Origin: Pavona decussata
Taxonomy: Eukaryota
NCBI GenBank assembly: GCA_977016875.1
Contig: CDRNST010000104.1
Coordinates: 1,178,001-1,242,000 of the forward strand
Length of the DNA: 64,000 nucleotides
Direction: 5' to 3'
The position numbers and the translations under genes are program-made. This document shows, piece by piece, positions 12,901 to 25,438 of this stretch; position 1 is the first letter of the stretch, and each line of letters opens with the position of its first letter. Under the pieces are notes generated by a model, which had not been told where the DNA came from, did not search any database, and was given only the letters and a program-made list of their open reading frames with translations.

Positions 12901-15900
12901 TGGCATTCTCTAAAAATGTTGCTTGCTGAAAATGTTGGGAAATAATAAGCACCCACCCTCGAATAAGCGCCCTCCGCGAATACGTGCACACCCTCATGGG
13001 CCCAAAATTAAATAAGCACCCAGGCAGGTTAATCGAATAAATACAGTTACTAAGTGTACAGTTTTATGCACCAAAGCACTCACAAAAGCACTTGCTTGGT
13101 AAAGAAACTACAATAATAAAATGGTATAGAAACAGACTAATAAAGCATTAATGGCAAGATCTTACAGTCAGTATTATAAGTCGTTAGAAATTCAATTGCC
13201 TGGCACACTTGTTACCATATATAGTTTAGTTTATTTATTTTGCCACACCACAAATATAATGAAAACAAAAAAATAGAAAAAAGAGATGTAACAATGGCGA
13301 GGAGACCTAAAGGAAACTATGAAGCTTATATTAATTAGGTCTCCTCAGTTATTGTTTTACAAGATAAAATCAAAAAAGAAGATGAGAACATGACGACGGA
13401 TACAGTTACAATTTCACACAATTACAATGTCAAACGGAAGGATACAATACGAAAAGAAAAGCTACAAGAAAAGTTAATACTTAAACACATTTGTATGAAA
13501 ACTACTAATAGTTATTACAGAAAAACGCCTAAGTGCTTTCTTAAAGGAGACATAGGAGGATGAGTTGTTTTCTTTTACAAAGTGACCATTTAAAACAGGT
13601 ACAGACAATAGAAACAGCTCATCAATTGGGAATTAGTAAAGGGTGACCGCGACCACTTACTAGAAGTGACTGGTTAATAGAGGTCAATATAAAGTAATAT
13701 TAAGGGACTTAATTTTCGGGACTTTGGCAACTGACGTTTTTTTTTTTTTACTGTATTGCAACAAAGTCACAATGAAATGACCAAGAGATTATTTTGTGCC
13801 AGTAGTTTGCAAAGGCAATTTAAAATGGCACTTGAGGTCACCATGAAAACTGCTGCTTACATTGGGTCAAAACTCAACTGGAAGTAAAATTAAGCTTTAG
13901 ACGTATCGTGATAATAATAATAATTATTATTATTAATATTATTATAACAACCTGGTGTTGCTTGCAGTCTTTTATTCCTTATATCCATCTGTTATAATTT
14001 TATTTCCCTTTATATTATTTTTTAGTTGCATGCAGAATACGGTAACAGTTATCAGTATGTGCCACACCGAACTGTGCAGTCCTACCAGCTATCGCAGTTT
14101 ATTCAGCATTTGACGCAGCCTACTGATGCTGTCATAGTTTGTGGAGACATGAACTGTGAGCCGGCACAGCTGTGGTACAGGGTTATCAAAGATGTCACAG
14201 GATTAGTCGATGCCTGGGAAAAACATGGCCAAGTAAAGGTACATTTTCTGTAATTACATGCGTACTTTTATTTATCTGGTAAGGCGAGCAAATGAAGACA
14301 TACATGCACATAGAGTATTAACCCTTTTAGCTCTATCAGTGATCAGCATCAAATTTCTCCTTGTAATATCCATGCTTATTCAACCCCTGAGGTCAGGAGA
14401 ATTAAGGATATGATCAGCCAAGGTGAATTTTCTTGATATTTTAATAACCATTCCCCAGTACTTTTATAAGAAAAGTATGGGGACAAGATGGGAGAATTTG
14501 TCCTTTGATATTAGGGGTTAAAGGCAACAATGTTGCTTATTATTGTCTGGAAAGGTGTGTCAGTTTGATACGGTCTTTAGAATATAAACTTTGTATTAAT
14601 CAAGCTTGTTTTTCTTTTAGCCTGGTTGCTGTGGCAACACATCAGATGTCAGCCACAACACCTTCTCTGGAGATAAAAATATACAAAGTCCTGTTAAGGG
14701 TGGCCCAGAAGATGGCCATCGAATCGACTACATTTTCTATCGCTGCACCCAAAATAGCTTCAAATGTGAAGACTGTGAGGTTACCATGGGACTTGTGCCA
14801 GGAAAGAACTTTTCCTACTCAGACCACGAGGGTGTGGCAGCCACGTTTGTTGTGAATGATACACTGTGGACAGACAGGACAGGTAAAAGCTTATATTTGG
14901 TTATGCCTAAACTTTGCAAAGGGCAAATTTTTAAACAATTTTAATGCTGATAGTGATGCAAATTGAATCAAGATCACCAGTTAATTTATGTAATAAACAA
15001 CAATGCAACAAGGACATCTGTTTATTACATAGCCACCAAAACATTGAAATCAAAGAATTTGTGAACAGCAGTTAGCCCATCTGCTGTGACACAGGGTCAA
15101 TGGTGGATAACATCTAGACAAGGAGACTATGGTACGGTATCTCCTGCTGAAGAACGAAACAGAAATAACTCACCCAGGAACATTCAAGAATCCTAACACC
15201 TAAGATCCACTGAAGTGATGGGAAACTGGATGGAAAAGAAAAACACTGTTTAATAAAGAAAAAATGTGTCAGGGACTGTACAATAAAATCAATAACCTCA
15301 CAAAAATGTTTCAACAAAAAGAGGTTTAATTTTCCTTTGGGGTTTGCAGCTGGGGATATGAATCTTTCTAGGTATGTGGGGGTCCACAAACATAAAAAAT
15401 TACCCCCGGTTATTTGCCTGTACACAGAAAGAAGTATAGTCATGTACTGAGTGATAATCATGTTGAGTTGACATGTTCCTTTTATCCAGCACAGGCTGGG
15501 ATCCAGATCAGTTTCCACCATTTTATGTAGTTCTATGGAACCGGTCAGATTTTTGACAATAAACAGATATTTTTAGAATAATACAATTCCCAGATTTAAG
15601 TATGGAGAATGCCTGTCAGAGTGACTTGAAAACTTAGGAAATGGCACTTTCAGGAGTTAAAATTTAAAAATTTCCTAGGGAATGTGTTTCCCGAGGCTCC
15701 CCAAGGACCTTGCACCTTCAGCGGCTCACATTATCAGAAAATGGTCACTTTTTTCGTGGATCCACTCCTGAAGCCGTAGTAGTAAATGAAATGATTATGG
15801 CATCTTAGGTTATTTCATTCTTCTTACTAGATTCTGTGCAAGCAACTGAGCCTGACACCGGGAGGGTCGCAGAAGCATTATCAGACACTCATAAAGTCAT

Positions 15901-16225
15901 CTCTGCAGCTATTGACAATTTAGCAAGTCCAAACTACTTACAGATCTTCATTGCCTTAGCCATGTTACTGTTTGTCATTTCACCTATCCTGTTTCCAGTC
16001 TCCCAGGACTCGTTGCTGTCACTGCATCAGACTGCCGGCAAGGTTCTGTGTCTTGTCCGCGTTGCTACCACTGTTGTGCTAACTGGCTTTCTGTTCTACC
16101 TCATATTCAATGCTCGGGAAGAATACAGTGCGTACAAAAGTGTGCTGCAAATGATTGATATACAGATGAAACAGATCAGCCCCAGAGAGAGAATGAGCGA
16201 GAATTCCCATTTAAAACAACTGTAA
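9940..16225 (+). CDS. SMPD2: Neutral sphingomyelinase 1 (sphingomyelin phosphodiesterase 2), 7 exons
   Basis: Exons 9940-9989, 10645-10741, 11809-11885, 11977-12160, 14026-14238, 14621-14882, 15831-16225, all GT-AG and phase-compatible. Motifs TLNCWGIP, SLQE, GSG, GDWFGGK, THLHA, CGDMN, RIDY, SDH and two C-terminal TM helices. Confidence 0.92.
10314..10575. mobile_element. MITE in SMPD2 intron 1
   Basis: TIRs tgggccattccattta / taaatggaatggccca; subterminal ccctattgaggg / ccctcaataggg. Confidence 0.75.
11150..11320 (-). mobile_element. tRNA-derived SINE-like element (Thr-like head, degenerate)
   Basis: Minus strand: tagctcagtggtagagc (A box), ccgaactagtaatcgg anticodon-like arm, degenerate B box, T-tract. 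Confidence 0.6.
12523..13753. mobile_element. Outer Tc1/mariner-type MITE carrying nested insertions
   Basis: ta|cagttgaacc start, gtgacc-type internal repeats on both sides, degenerate ...actg|ta end. Confidence 0.45.
12640..13047. mobile_element. Tc1/mariner-type MITE (nested)
   Basis: TIRs ccgtatttattc / gaataaatacag; internal aataagcgccc repeats. Confidence 0.7.
14322..14525. mobile_element. piggyBac-like MITE; related truncated copy at 58492-58650
   Basis: ttaa|ccctt...aggggttaaagg; shares gatcagcat..aaatttctccttgtaatatc..atgcttattcaaccc with 58492. Confidence 0.7.
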
Positions 16226-17398
16226 CAAAGAAACTTTTCCAAATGCTCCATGTGCAATAATTATTTTAATTATTGATATGAGTATGTTCACCTATGAGTC
16301 AATTTTATAAAAAAAATATTGCAGCCTGCAGTTGGCTGAAAATTAGTGACTGGAAAATATTCTTAATATTAATAACAGCAATGACAGATTAGTAGAATTG
16401 CACTCTCCCATGGTTTTACATAACTGTATTTTTGCAAAATATACAGTGAAAGATCAAAATGTTTTAGGTAAATATAGTACGTATTTAATTTTACAAGAAA
16501 AATGTAAAATTCTTGATATATTCTTTAAAATGTTACAAAATAGCAGGATGAAGATTCTTTTGCTATGAAATCATAGTTTAATAAAAAAAATAGACTGTGC
16601 AAATTATAATTTATTAACAGAGTACACTCTGTTTTTGGGGTAAATCAAGCCGTCTTTTGTTGGACTGTATTTTGACAGTTGAGAAATAAAAGCCATTTTT
16701 ACTGTTATCTCAGCCTGCAGGTTTAACTTCCAAAGAGTCACATGCCTATTTTACATGGGGTATGTCAGCACAGGTACAATATTTAGGTTTATTTTTTAAG
16801 GACAATGCATTCTTTTGCTACTGCGCATATGTTCTGTGCATCTCAAGATGGTCCGAGAAACGGACTGTGCCTAATAATTCAAAGCATCTTCCGAGACCCA
16901 GGGGCAATCTTTTGTACTTTTGCTCATCAAATTTCTCCTGTACGCTTTTACTTTGTCTTCATCGCCACTATCTGCCCCTGAGTCTTCAAGGATGAATTCA
17001 AAGTAGCCTTGATTACCAGCTGCTGTTCGGGAAAATTAGCCAGCGCTTGAGCCTAAATTCAAAGGTGTTCTTGTGCAGTTTATGAATATGCAGGGTAAAA
17101 AAAGATCTTAACAAGTGTTATTTGAATCCAAAAAGAAAATTGGGGGTAACCACACATTTTTCAGACATAATTAAGATTCAAGTTGGAAAAAAATTCCATA
17201 CATTGTTATGGATTTTAAAGCTTTTGACAAAATTAATGATTAATGTTGTTGATTTATTATATTTGAAAAATGCATGGTTATCACCAGTTTTCCTTTTTGG
17301 ATTTCCATAACACTGGCTAAGATCTTCTTTTCCCGCATGTTCATAAACTGCGAAAAAAATAGCTTTTAGTTAGTAGGCACCATCCTTAAGTCAAGTAT

Positions 17399-17526
17399 CA
17401 GCCTCATCCCTAGTCAACCTTGGCACGGGACCGAAAAGTGAAGTAACCTTGAGCTTATCCCTCAGTCCCAAGCCTCAGACAGGCAGCTCAATTAGATAAG
17501 TGAGATTAGGCCTGGGAACGAGGGTG
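17399..17526. mobile_element. Small MITE with perfect 9-bp TSD
   Basis: cagcctcatccc / gggaacgagggtg flanked by gtcaagtat on both sides. Confidence 0.7.
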
Positions 17527-17964
17527 GTCAAGTATAAAATAACGAAAATAACTGCATACAACAACACGACTTTATGAAAATCAAGGAACTCAAGAGTACT
17601 TGGTACATTTACCCTCACCTGTGGCTTAATTGTGGAACTTGAAAATTCAACCAAACTTCTTCATGTTTACATACAGTTGTGTGCCATTTTATGCATGCCA
17701 TGCCTGCCATTTTATCAACCTTAAATCTCCATAAGCAATCAAACTGCAAAATTCCCAAGGAATACCACATTTGTAGCAGAGAAAACCGTAAAGTGATGCC
17801 CATTGTCAGACCCAAAGTTTCCATATCCAGAGCAGCAATTAGTATTTTATGGCGGTTTTCATTTTAACATCATCCAACCAAACCAAAGGAAATAATTATT
17901 GCTTAGGCTGATCACAAAGGAGGTAAACATAAAGTATATTTCATGATTTCTGCATTCCAACCAG

Positions 17965-18219
17965 GCCCCAGTTGTTCAAAGAGCAGATAATTTTATCCAC
18001 TGGGTAGGTCGCTATCCGGCAGAAAAAATGTGTGCAGGATTTTTCCGATAGTCCTATAATTTGTGAATAGAGGAGAAGCATATGTCAAATTTATTAAGAA
18101 TGGAATTGTGTGGAAAACTTGCCAGAAGCATTGGTTAGAGTACATTAACTATTTATTTTGTACCGCTGGCAGGGACTTATCCAGTGGATAAAGTTATCCA
18201 CTCTTTAAACAACTGGGGC
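17965..18219. mobile_element. PIF/Harbinger-like MITE
   Basis: TIRs gccccagttgttcaaagag / ctctttaaacaactggggc; CAG 3-bp TSD. Confidence 0.75.
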
Positions 18220-19325
18220 CAGGTCAACAGATGATTTTCGCATGCATTTAAAGTAACATGACCCACTCTTTAGCAGCCAGTTGCTCTGCTCTTCCGGCAT
18301 ATTTTATTGTCCGCTGACCAGATTGGAACGCATAAATCATTGAAAATTATGAAACAGTATATGTTGAATATGAACTGAACATTCCTGAAGAATATTCAAA
18401 ACATTGAAAAACATTTTTTTTGAAATGAATATTGCAACAATTTGGCAACCAAATTGACCCCACCCCCACATAATTTTAATTGTGCCCCAGTACCAGTAAC
18501 AGGGACTTGGAATGAATTTGAAAGGAAGTGGAGAGCAGTGGGCAGAAAACGTGTGCAAGAGTATATTTTAACTAGAGTCCTGTCTTCGTCAACTAGCATC
18601 ACTGTAAATAACTATTGACACAAAAAGAAGTAAGGAATGAATTTAATCAATAAAATATATTGCTCTCAGAAGCTTTCAGAATGGCAAGTTTTCAAATGTT
18701 ATATAAATCCTAAGAAATACTTAAGCACATTGCTTACATTAAAAACATTTCGATGTATTAATAAGGTTATGTCATTGGTGATGAAAATATCGCATTATTC
18801 TTAAAAAGGTTTCTCACCAACTTAAATGCCCATGCTGGCAATATAAGAATCTATTAATACAAGATTTCTGATATACTTGATATACTGTACAAATTATCCA
18901 AAATTTATCAAATTTGCTTTAGAGTTGAAAAAATTCTTTGTTGTAGCTCATAGATATTCAACTATCATTACAATTGACATTCTAGTAAATTTATTAGAAT
19001 GATGTTCAATAGGGATTTAGTAAAAACTTCCTAAAGGCATTGCTTAATTACACTAATTATTTGAATTACAACATGTCTTGAACAAAAACAAAGTACCATT
19101 ATTTTTGATAGCTTTTAAAATATTAGCTGAAGCAAAACAAGTTCAGTGAAATTGACCAGAAATTAGTGGATCAATTTGTTAATAAAAGCAGCAGTCAAGA
19201 AGGGATGAATGATGTATAATTTTTTAGCTTGAAATAGAAATATTAAAAAAATTACTACAGCAAGAAGCTTATAAAGCACTTCCTGTACCACATTGCAGTA
19301 AAGGAAAATTAGGAACTTTCCACAT

Positions 19326-19547
19326 TGGGCAGCTCCAGAAAATATCCCTACCTCCCTGACAGAAGGGATTTTATCAAAGACCCCCCCACCCCCCCACCCA
19401 TCTGGAAATTCCAAATAAGCTTCATACTTTACTTTGTATTTTTTTTTTTTTTTTTTTTTGGGGGGGGGGCCTTTGAGGACCCCCAACCCCTGGAATTTCT
19501 GATCCTTTCTGTGGGGGGGGGGGGGGGATTTTTTCTGGAACAACACA
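19326..19547. mobile_element. MITE; partial relative at ~39086-39290
   Basis: tgggcagctccagaaaatatcc / ggattttttctggaacaacaca with internal poly-C/G tracts. Confidence 0.6.
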
Positions 19548-20000
19548 TTTCCTGTACAATATTAGAAAAAGAATTTCCTTTTCATGGCTAGTATTGGCCT
19601 TTACTGAAAGCTTCAGTTACATGCAAATTTACCAATAACAACCCATGAACATGACCTTTCAAACCTATCGATCTTAACTTTTTTCAGTGCCCATCATTTT
19701 AAAAGAAGCCAGCAGTAAAAAAGCAACATAAAACGGAACCATTCATGCCCAAGTTTTAAATTTCAGAGTTGCCATGTTTTTGAAAGGTTCAGTGAAAATA
19801 AAAGTCCTGAGTCAACTCACATTTAAATCTTTGCTAACTTACAAGATACTGTTGCAATATTAATTATAGCATGTCATTTCTATTTTCTTTCTTGCCAAGG
19901 CTGTTTCCTTTGAACACCAATCTTCATCTTCAAGCTTAAAAGTTCTTCTTTAATTCCCAGATCAGCAGCAAAATCTTCCAAGTAAAGTGCGTAACGTTTG

Positions 20001-20546
20001 TTATAACAGTAAACATGACATTCCCTTGTCTCTGTAAGGATTATCGGCATTTGGAATCTTTCCTAGCAGTGGGTCATTGGTGCGCTTCTCTTGGCAGAAT
20101 CGAGCAAGGCTACAATGAAAATCATTACAAAAGAATAAATGAAAGGCCTTAAAATATACCCCAAACTTAACATATACATGCATGCACAATTAGTGTGGAA
20201 TTCTTAATTCTTTTTTTTTTTAAATCAGTCGCAACAATTACATGCGACTTTGCAATAATATTGATAATCAATCACATCCAGAGGGTGAGATCGGACGTCA
20301 GCATATATACAAGGCACCTCTGGCTGCTGCCTCAGTCCGTATGTGATCTCACCCCACCCTCCCCAGACCAACACACACAAAGACCAGACCACAATACCAG
20401 GAACTACGTCCCCTACTCTTTACGAACAGTGAGTGGGTTCTTTAACGTCCCACAGAGTTATTACGAACAAGGGTTGTGAGACAGGACCTATGGTTTATCA
20501 TCCTTATCCAAGAAGACTAGAAAGTCTAACTATTTGCAGATGTCAC

Positions 20547-20577
<31 letters not shown>

Positions 20578-22714
20578 AAAGACCCTGAGTGGTGGTCCGA
20601 CCGGGCTTTGAACCCACAACCTCCCGCACGGTAGTCCGGTACTCTACCAACTGAGCTAACCAGTTGGCGGTAAATCTACCACATTGACTCAAGCAAGCAA
20701 GGGAAGTTTTGTGGGATCTACCTTGGTAGTGTCAGTTGTTCAAAACCTTTTCAAGCTTAATATACTGGGTTAGCATGAATTTTGATTCAAGTTTAATTAC
20801 TAATCAATAATGATTCTTCAAAAAGATTTTTGTCCCTCAGTTTTGACATAGACTGTTCTTTACCATTAGCTTAAAATAAAGCTTTGAAAAACATTTTTAA
20901 TGAGCAAGGTGAAAACCTCAGTTAACTTTTAATCATGGATTAGAGTTAACCAGCTTTTGAGCAACCAGGCCCGGATGGAAATCTGGAATGCATTCAGGGA
21001 GTCACGAGGAAGGGTGGAATTGACGGTGTTTGAGCTCCTCTATGAGAAGTTGAGATTTCTATGCCATCCACTTTTTGGGTTACTCCTTCAAAAAAAAGAA
21101 GGACGAGAGAAACAATAAACAGATTTACACCCTTCAGATCAAATCAACAAAGTCATTTTGTCATTACTGGACATTGTCTCAATGGCCTTTGTACCATCAG
21201 TTCAACCCCCCCCCCCCCCCCCTTAAAGCTAATTTTTTTCTATCTGCCCAGTCCCTAGGGAAGTGCAAAAAACAAATATGCCAGTCAACATTACTGTTTG
21301 TTGACAAGTTACTGGAGGCCACAAAACTTGTGAAACACTAGCATTTTAAGTCACACTGATTATCCAAGTTTACGGTAAACTAAAATTGATGATGCCAATG
21401 AGCCCAGTCAGTGACTTGAGTGTTTTTCAAGCAGCTGGGTGAGGGCAAGTTTCCCTGAAGGCTATTCCTAAGAACACCTGTAAGAAGTACATAAAGCCCA
21501 GTCAGTAAATTGAGCATTTTTCAGGCAGTTGGACAAGGGCAAGTTCCTTGGGGTTATTCCTAAGAAGCGTGTAAAGCCGAGTGACGTTCACGACTTCTTT
21601 TTAGATGCATATGCAAGGTCAAGGTACCTGACGTGATTCCCAACAGACCATTTCCAATATATTAAAATTCTAGCTTGGCTATGAGGCTTGGGGGGAATAA
21701 AACAAAAGAAATTAATTATTCATCTCTGAACCTCAATGAAATTTCTGTTGTTTTATTCCCCCAAGCCTCATAGCCAAACTAGAATTTTAATATATTGGAA
21801 ATGGTCTATTGCAAGAAGTGTGTTAAAACTTGGTTACATAAAGGCCTCGCGGAGGAAGGCAGTTCCAAACTCACACATACAAGGCCTTTGCACCAAAAAT
21901 TAGCCCCAGTCCTTTAGAATAAATATTTACGCTAACATGAGCAAATTGTTAAGTGTATAATTTTTTAATTAAAGATAACTTACATAGTTTCTGGATTAAA
22001 TATATCATGAAAGTGCAGGATGAGCAGTGAACAATATTAACAACAGAAAATGAAGACAATTCAGCTACAGCGACGGATAAGCTCAAAGCTGAGACGGAAC
22101 AAAGGAGTGGACGCTGCCAGCATTCCAATAAATAAGCTAAATATTGACACCGCCATCAAGATAAATGCTTGATAGACAGACGTACGTAAGCTAAAAATTA
22201 TCACGATTTTCTCAAATAATTAACAGTACTTACTTCGGCAACGTGATATTCTATGCCGCATAGTAACAAACGGTTGGATTTGTAACTAAATGGGCAATGA
22301 GTAAAAAGAACTGGTCCATTTATACGACAAAGAGGTACTACTGTAGCTTAATTTCGTGACCGTCTGATGAAATAACGAAAGGAAGTGCCGAAGTTTTAAT
22401 AGCGTTGAGTACGTTCTATTCATGCTCAACTAATCTTCAACACGGCTTAATCCCTCAAAAGATTCCCATTAAAATAAGAACAATAGCCATAATGCTGCAC
22501 TGTCGACAGTACTCATAAAATAATAGTCAACTCAATTGATAGGTTGACTTTAAACAAGACCAAAGTCAACAAGACAAATTCACATTACTCACTCTTCTGA
22601 ACAAGCTGAAATTTTCTTCCGTGACAAAGTGGCCTCTCTTCTGAGCTGATCAACTTGTATTTTCAGGTTTATGTATTCGTTTTCTCGTTGTGAAATCGCC
22701 GATTGACCGTACAT
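20001..22714 (-). CDS. GNG: Heterotrimeric G-protein gamma subunit, 76 aa, 2 exons
   Basis: Exons 22714-22593 and 20109-20001 give MYGQSAISQRENEYINLKIQVDQLRREATLSRKKISACSEDLARFCQEKRTNDPLLGKIPNADNPYRDKGMSCLLL: DPLL, NPY and C-terminal CAAX (CLLL). Confidence 0.93.
20209..20671 (-). mobile_element. Full-length tRNA-derived SINE with Deu/Nin-like central domain and A tail
   Basis: Minus strand: A box tagctcagttggtagag, B box gggttcaaagccc, core ggataaggatgataaaccataggtcctg...gttaaagaaccc...ttcgtaaagagtagggg, poly-A end. Confidence 0.7.
21401..21585. repeat. ~94-bp imperfect tandem duplication
   Basis: agcccagtcagt...tttttca.gcag...gggcaagtt...tattcctaagaa present twice. Confidence 0.7.
21645..21807. 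mobile_element. Hairpin (palindromic) MITE
   Basis: agaccatttccaatatattaaaattctag.ttggctatgaggcttggggg pairs with its reverse complement at ~21757-21807. Confidence 0.75.
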
Positions 22715-23293
22715 TTCTCCGCTGATAAATGATCAACCTCCTGCAGTTGAAACAAAGTGACGATCGAAGCAGCGAACTGAGCAAAGCCACAAAAGGGCGG
22801 TCACCTGAGGCGGATGTTGACTCCGCATATTAGAGTAACAACAGCTGATTGGTTGATTCTTCCCTGGTTAAATATACGAACAGCAGGAACAGCTCAAATT
22901 TCACTTGGGACAAATTTCATATGCTTCGTGCCTGTCGACACGCGATAAAGCTCGGGAAAAACTGCTTATGCTGATAATTCTACTCTGAAATATCTGATAG
23001 GATATGCTCCAACTCGAAAAAATATAAGCCGTTTTGCGATTCATGCTATGGATTGTGTTTCCTGGTAAAAGCGATTTTTTTATAACCCAAATATTTTCTA
23101 TGCGGAAACTACAAATTTATTATATATTTAAATTGAAATTTTTGTGTATTTATGCAAAAATTACGTAAAAGCTCCTGTTTTGAGCCAGGCGTGAATAGCC
23201 GTTCCTAAAAAAACACCCTGCAAGTAGAGATAAGGGTGGAAAAAAATACGTTCCGCAATAACTGGACTGTTGCATCAAGGTCAGGATGAGTCC

Positions 23294-23444
23294 TAGCCTG
23301 TTCCAGGCTCCTAGAGAGAAGCGCGAAGGAGAGGTCGAGGGGACGAAAACGAGGGGGGCTGGGGACTGTATCTCCCCCACCCCCGTCGTTTTCGTCCCCT
23401 CGCCCTCTCCTTCGCGCGTCTCTCTAGGAGCCTGGAACAGGCTA
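23294..23444. mobile_element. Palindromic MITE, TAGCCTG..CAGGCTA ends, 9-bp TSD
   Basis: Near-perfect hairpin; flanks gatgagtcc / gaagagtcc. Confidence 0.8.
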
Positions 23445-24983
23445 GAAGAGTCCTGTCGACGCTCCTAACACTGAAGAAGTTATTAAAGATGTTAAAAGGA
23501 AGATTCGTGTTCTGCAACAGCTGAGCGGTGCCACATGTTTGCCATAATATCGTTATTCTGTATAGTAGGAAGGTAGTCTCCCTCGCAGCTGTTTTTAGTG
23601 TCGTCACGCGAGAGAAAAAAAAGGGGGGGATTTTCTCACTTTTTCTTTCCCCCGCCCCCCTCCCCGATTATTTCTGCTAGACAGGATATGGTATCCCTGT
23701 CTGAGTGACAGCTGCTAATATTGCTTTACCCAACTCATAGGGCTCTCCTAGAAAAGGAAAATGTTTCATTTGCTCAAACGATTGCTCATTTAATTGATAA
23801 ACTCGACTTGCCACGATGGGTTACAAAGGTGTTTCACTTTTCAGGACTGCAGCGTCACATGTTTTAACCTGCGATCAGGCTCTGTTTTGCGTGCGTACGT
23901 GAATCTAGTAGTTTATAGTTAACGTACATTAATTGAAAAAGAGGTGATATGTGAACCGCTTGCGAAAACAAAAACTTTTTGCAGGGCTTTCGTACATCCC
24001 TTGTTATTTACGTACGTAAAAATAGTTAAATTTACGTTCGTGCACACGCAAATTAAAGTTTACCCACCTTTACAGACGTTTTTCATCGTTTCCATCATTA
24101 GAATGTTGGCGGGGGAAGATAATTTTCTTCACAGTGCGAATAACCATTCAGAGGGGCTAGCGCTTAGCTACGGAACACTGGCTTCGGAAGCAGTGCTTAT
24201 CAGTCGCAGATTTGCCACCCCTCAACCAAACATACTTAAAACGTCTCTGTCTAAAGAGAAAACAAAACACTGTACCCTTTGGTGTTACCAAGATTTATTT
24301 AATAACTTAAGAGACTTGACCTGCGTATCTCTTTTTCTACAAACATGCTACATGAATTATCGTTCCTAAAATTACTCCTTTGGTACTTTCTTTTCGCATA
24401 ATTTTAATCAGGAGTTTTGTACGCCCTTGCTTTTGAGTCCGACGTATTTAGTGAAAAATCTAAACGCTGGTTTCCACTCAATTGCTGTGTTCGCTTCTTT
24501 CAGCGATGAAGCAATCGTTGGCGATCATATACAAGCCAGCATTCATGACCTTCGACTGAGCAAAAAATTTGCTAAATTGGAACCTTTTGGCACTCAAAGA
24601 GAAAAACTAATAGACCCAGTTTGGCCAATTTTTTGTTTACTTGATAGATGTCAACGTAGTAACCATAAGCTCTTAAATTATTGATTATATTTTGAAAAGA
24701 AAAATTCGTCTTCAAATCATTTATTTCAACAATGCAGCCTGTGAGCAAAGTCCTCTACTCATTTCCCCGAGCGAGAGGACGATGCTAGGTTGCATTATCG
24801 TCTTGTATGTCGTTTCAGGATGAACAACAATGCCTTGGATTAAGGTGCATGACTCGATTGATTAAATTCAGCAGCGAAACTTTCCGGATTATGGCATGCG
24901 GCCCTCGTCTTTACATAGATTGGAATAAAAATACACACTACAGTATGACGGAAATGACTATTGCAACTAACTGCCTCTTTTCT

Positions 24984-25214
24984 CATACTCGGAGACCCAG
25001 GGGCAGTTAGTCGAGTAGCAGGGATTTTCGTGGGCGAAAGTTTACTGTAAGAACGGGAGAGCCCCTGGGCAATAAAAAAAGCGGGGAATTCAAACTTCTG
25101 GAACTGGTTCGGTAAGAGTAATTGCCCAGGGGCTCTTCTGTTCTTTAATACAGTAAACTTTCGCCCATGAAAATCCCTGCTACCCGACCAACTGCCCCTG
25201 GGTTTCCGAGGATG
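24984..25214. mobile_element. Palindromic MITE with perfect 9-bp TSD
   Basis: catactcgga.acccaggggcagtt / aactgcccctgggtttccgaggatg; flanks ctcttttct on both sides. Confidence 0.8.
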
Positions 25215-25357
25215 CTCTTTTCTCGACGTCGAAGAAAGAAAACGGTAGATACATACTGCATGTATGAGGAAACGGAAGCACGCGTGCACAAAAATTTACT
25301 TATAAACCCGATTTTGACCTGTGCACCGCTACCTTTTCGCGCCAAATAAATCAGCGC

Positions 25358-25438
25358 TAGCCTGTGTACAGCTGCTCCTCCCCTCAGGAAAGCGGGGAGG
25401 GGGGAGGGGGGGGGGCGGCGGCGGCTGTACACAGGCTA
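25358..25438. mobile_element. 81-bp MITE, TAGCCTG..CAGGCTA ends
   Basis: tagcctgtgtacagc / gctgtacacaggcta; TSD atcagcgc. Confidence 0.8.

Noticed and set aside
20590-20671. Possible functional tRNA genes here and at 11200, 27230, 31300 and 34450
   Set aside because: Acceptor and anticodon stems are broken or truncated, and each is embedded in a repeat body, so these are SINE-type heads.
22364-22385. ctgatga...gaaa hammerhead-like string
   Set aside because: No stem II, stem I or cleavage triplet can form.
23944-25010. Short ORFs between G-gamma and annexin
   Set aside because: No motifs or convincing exon chain; several overlap MITEs.
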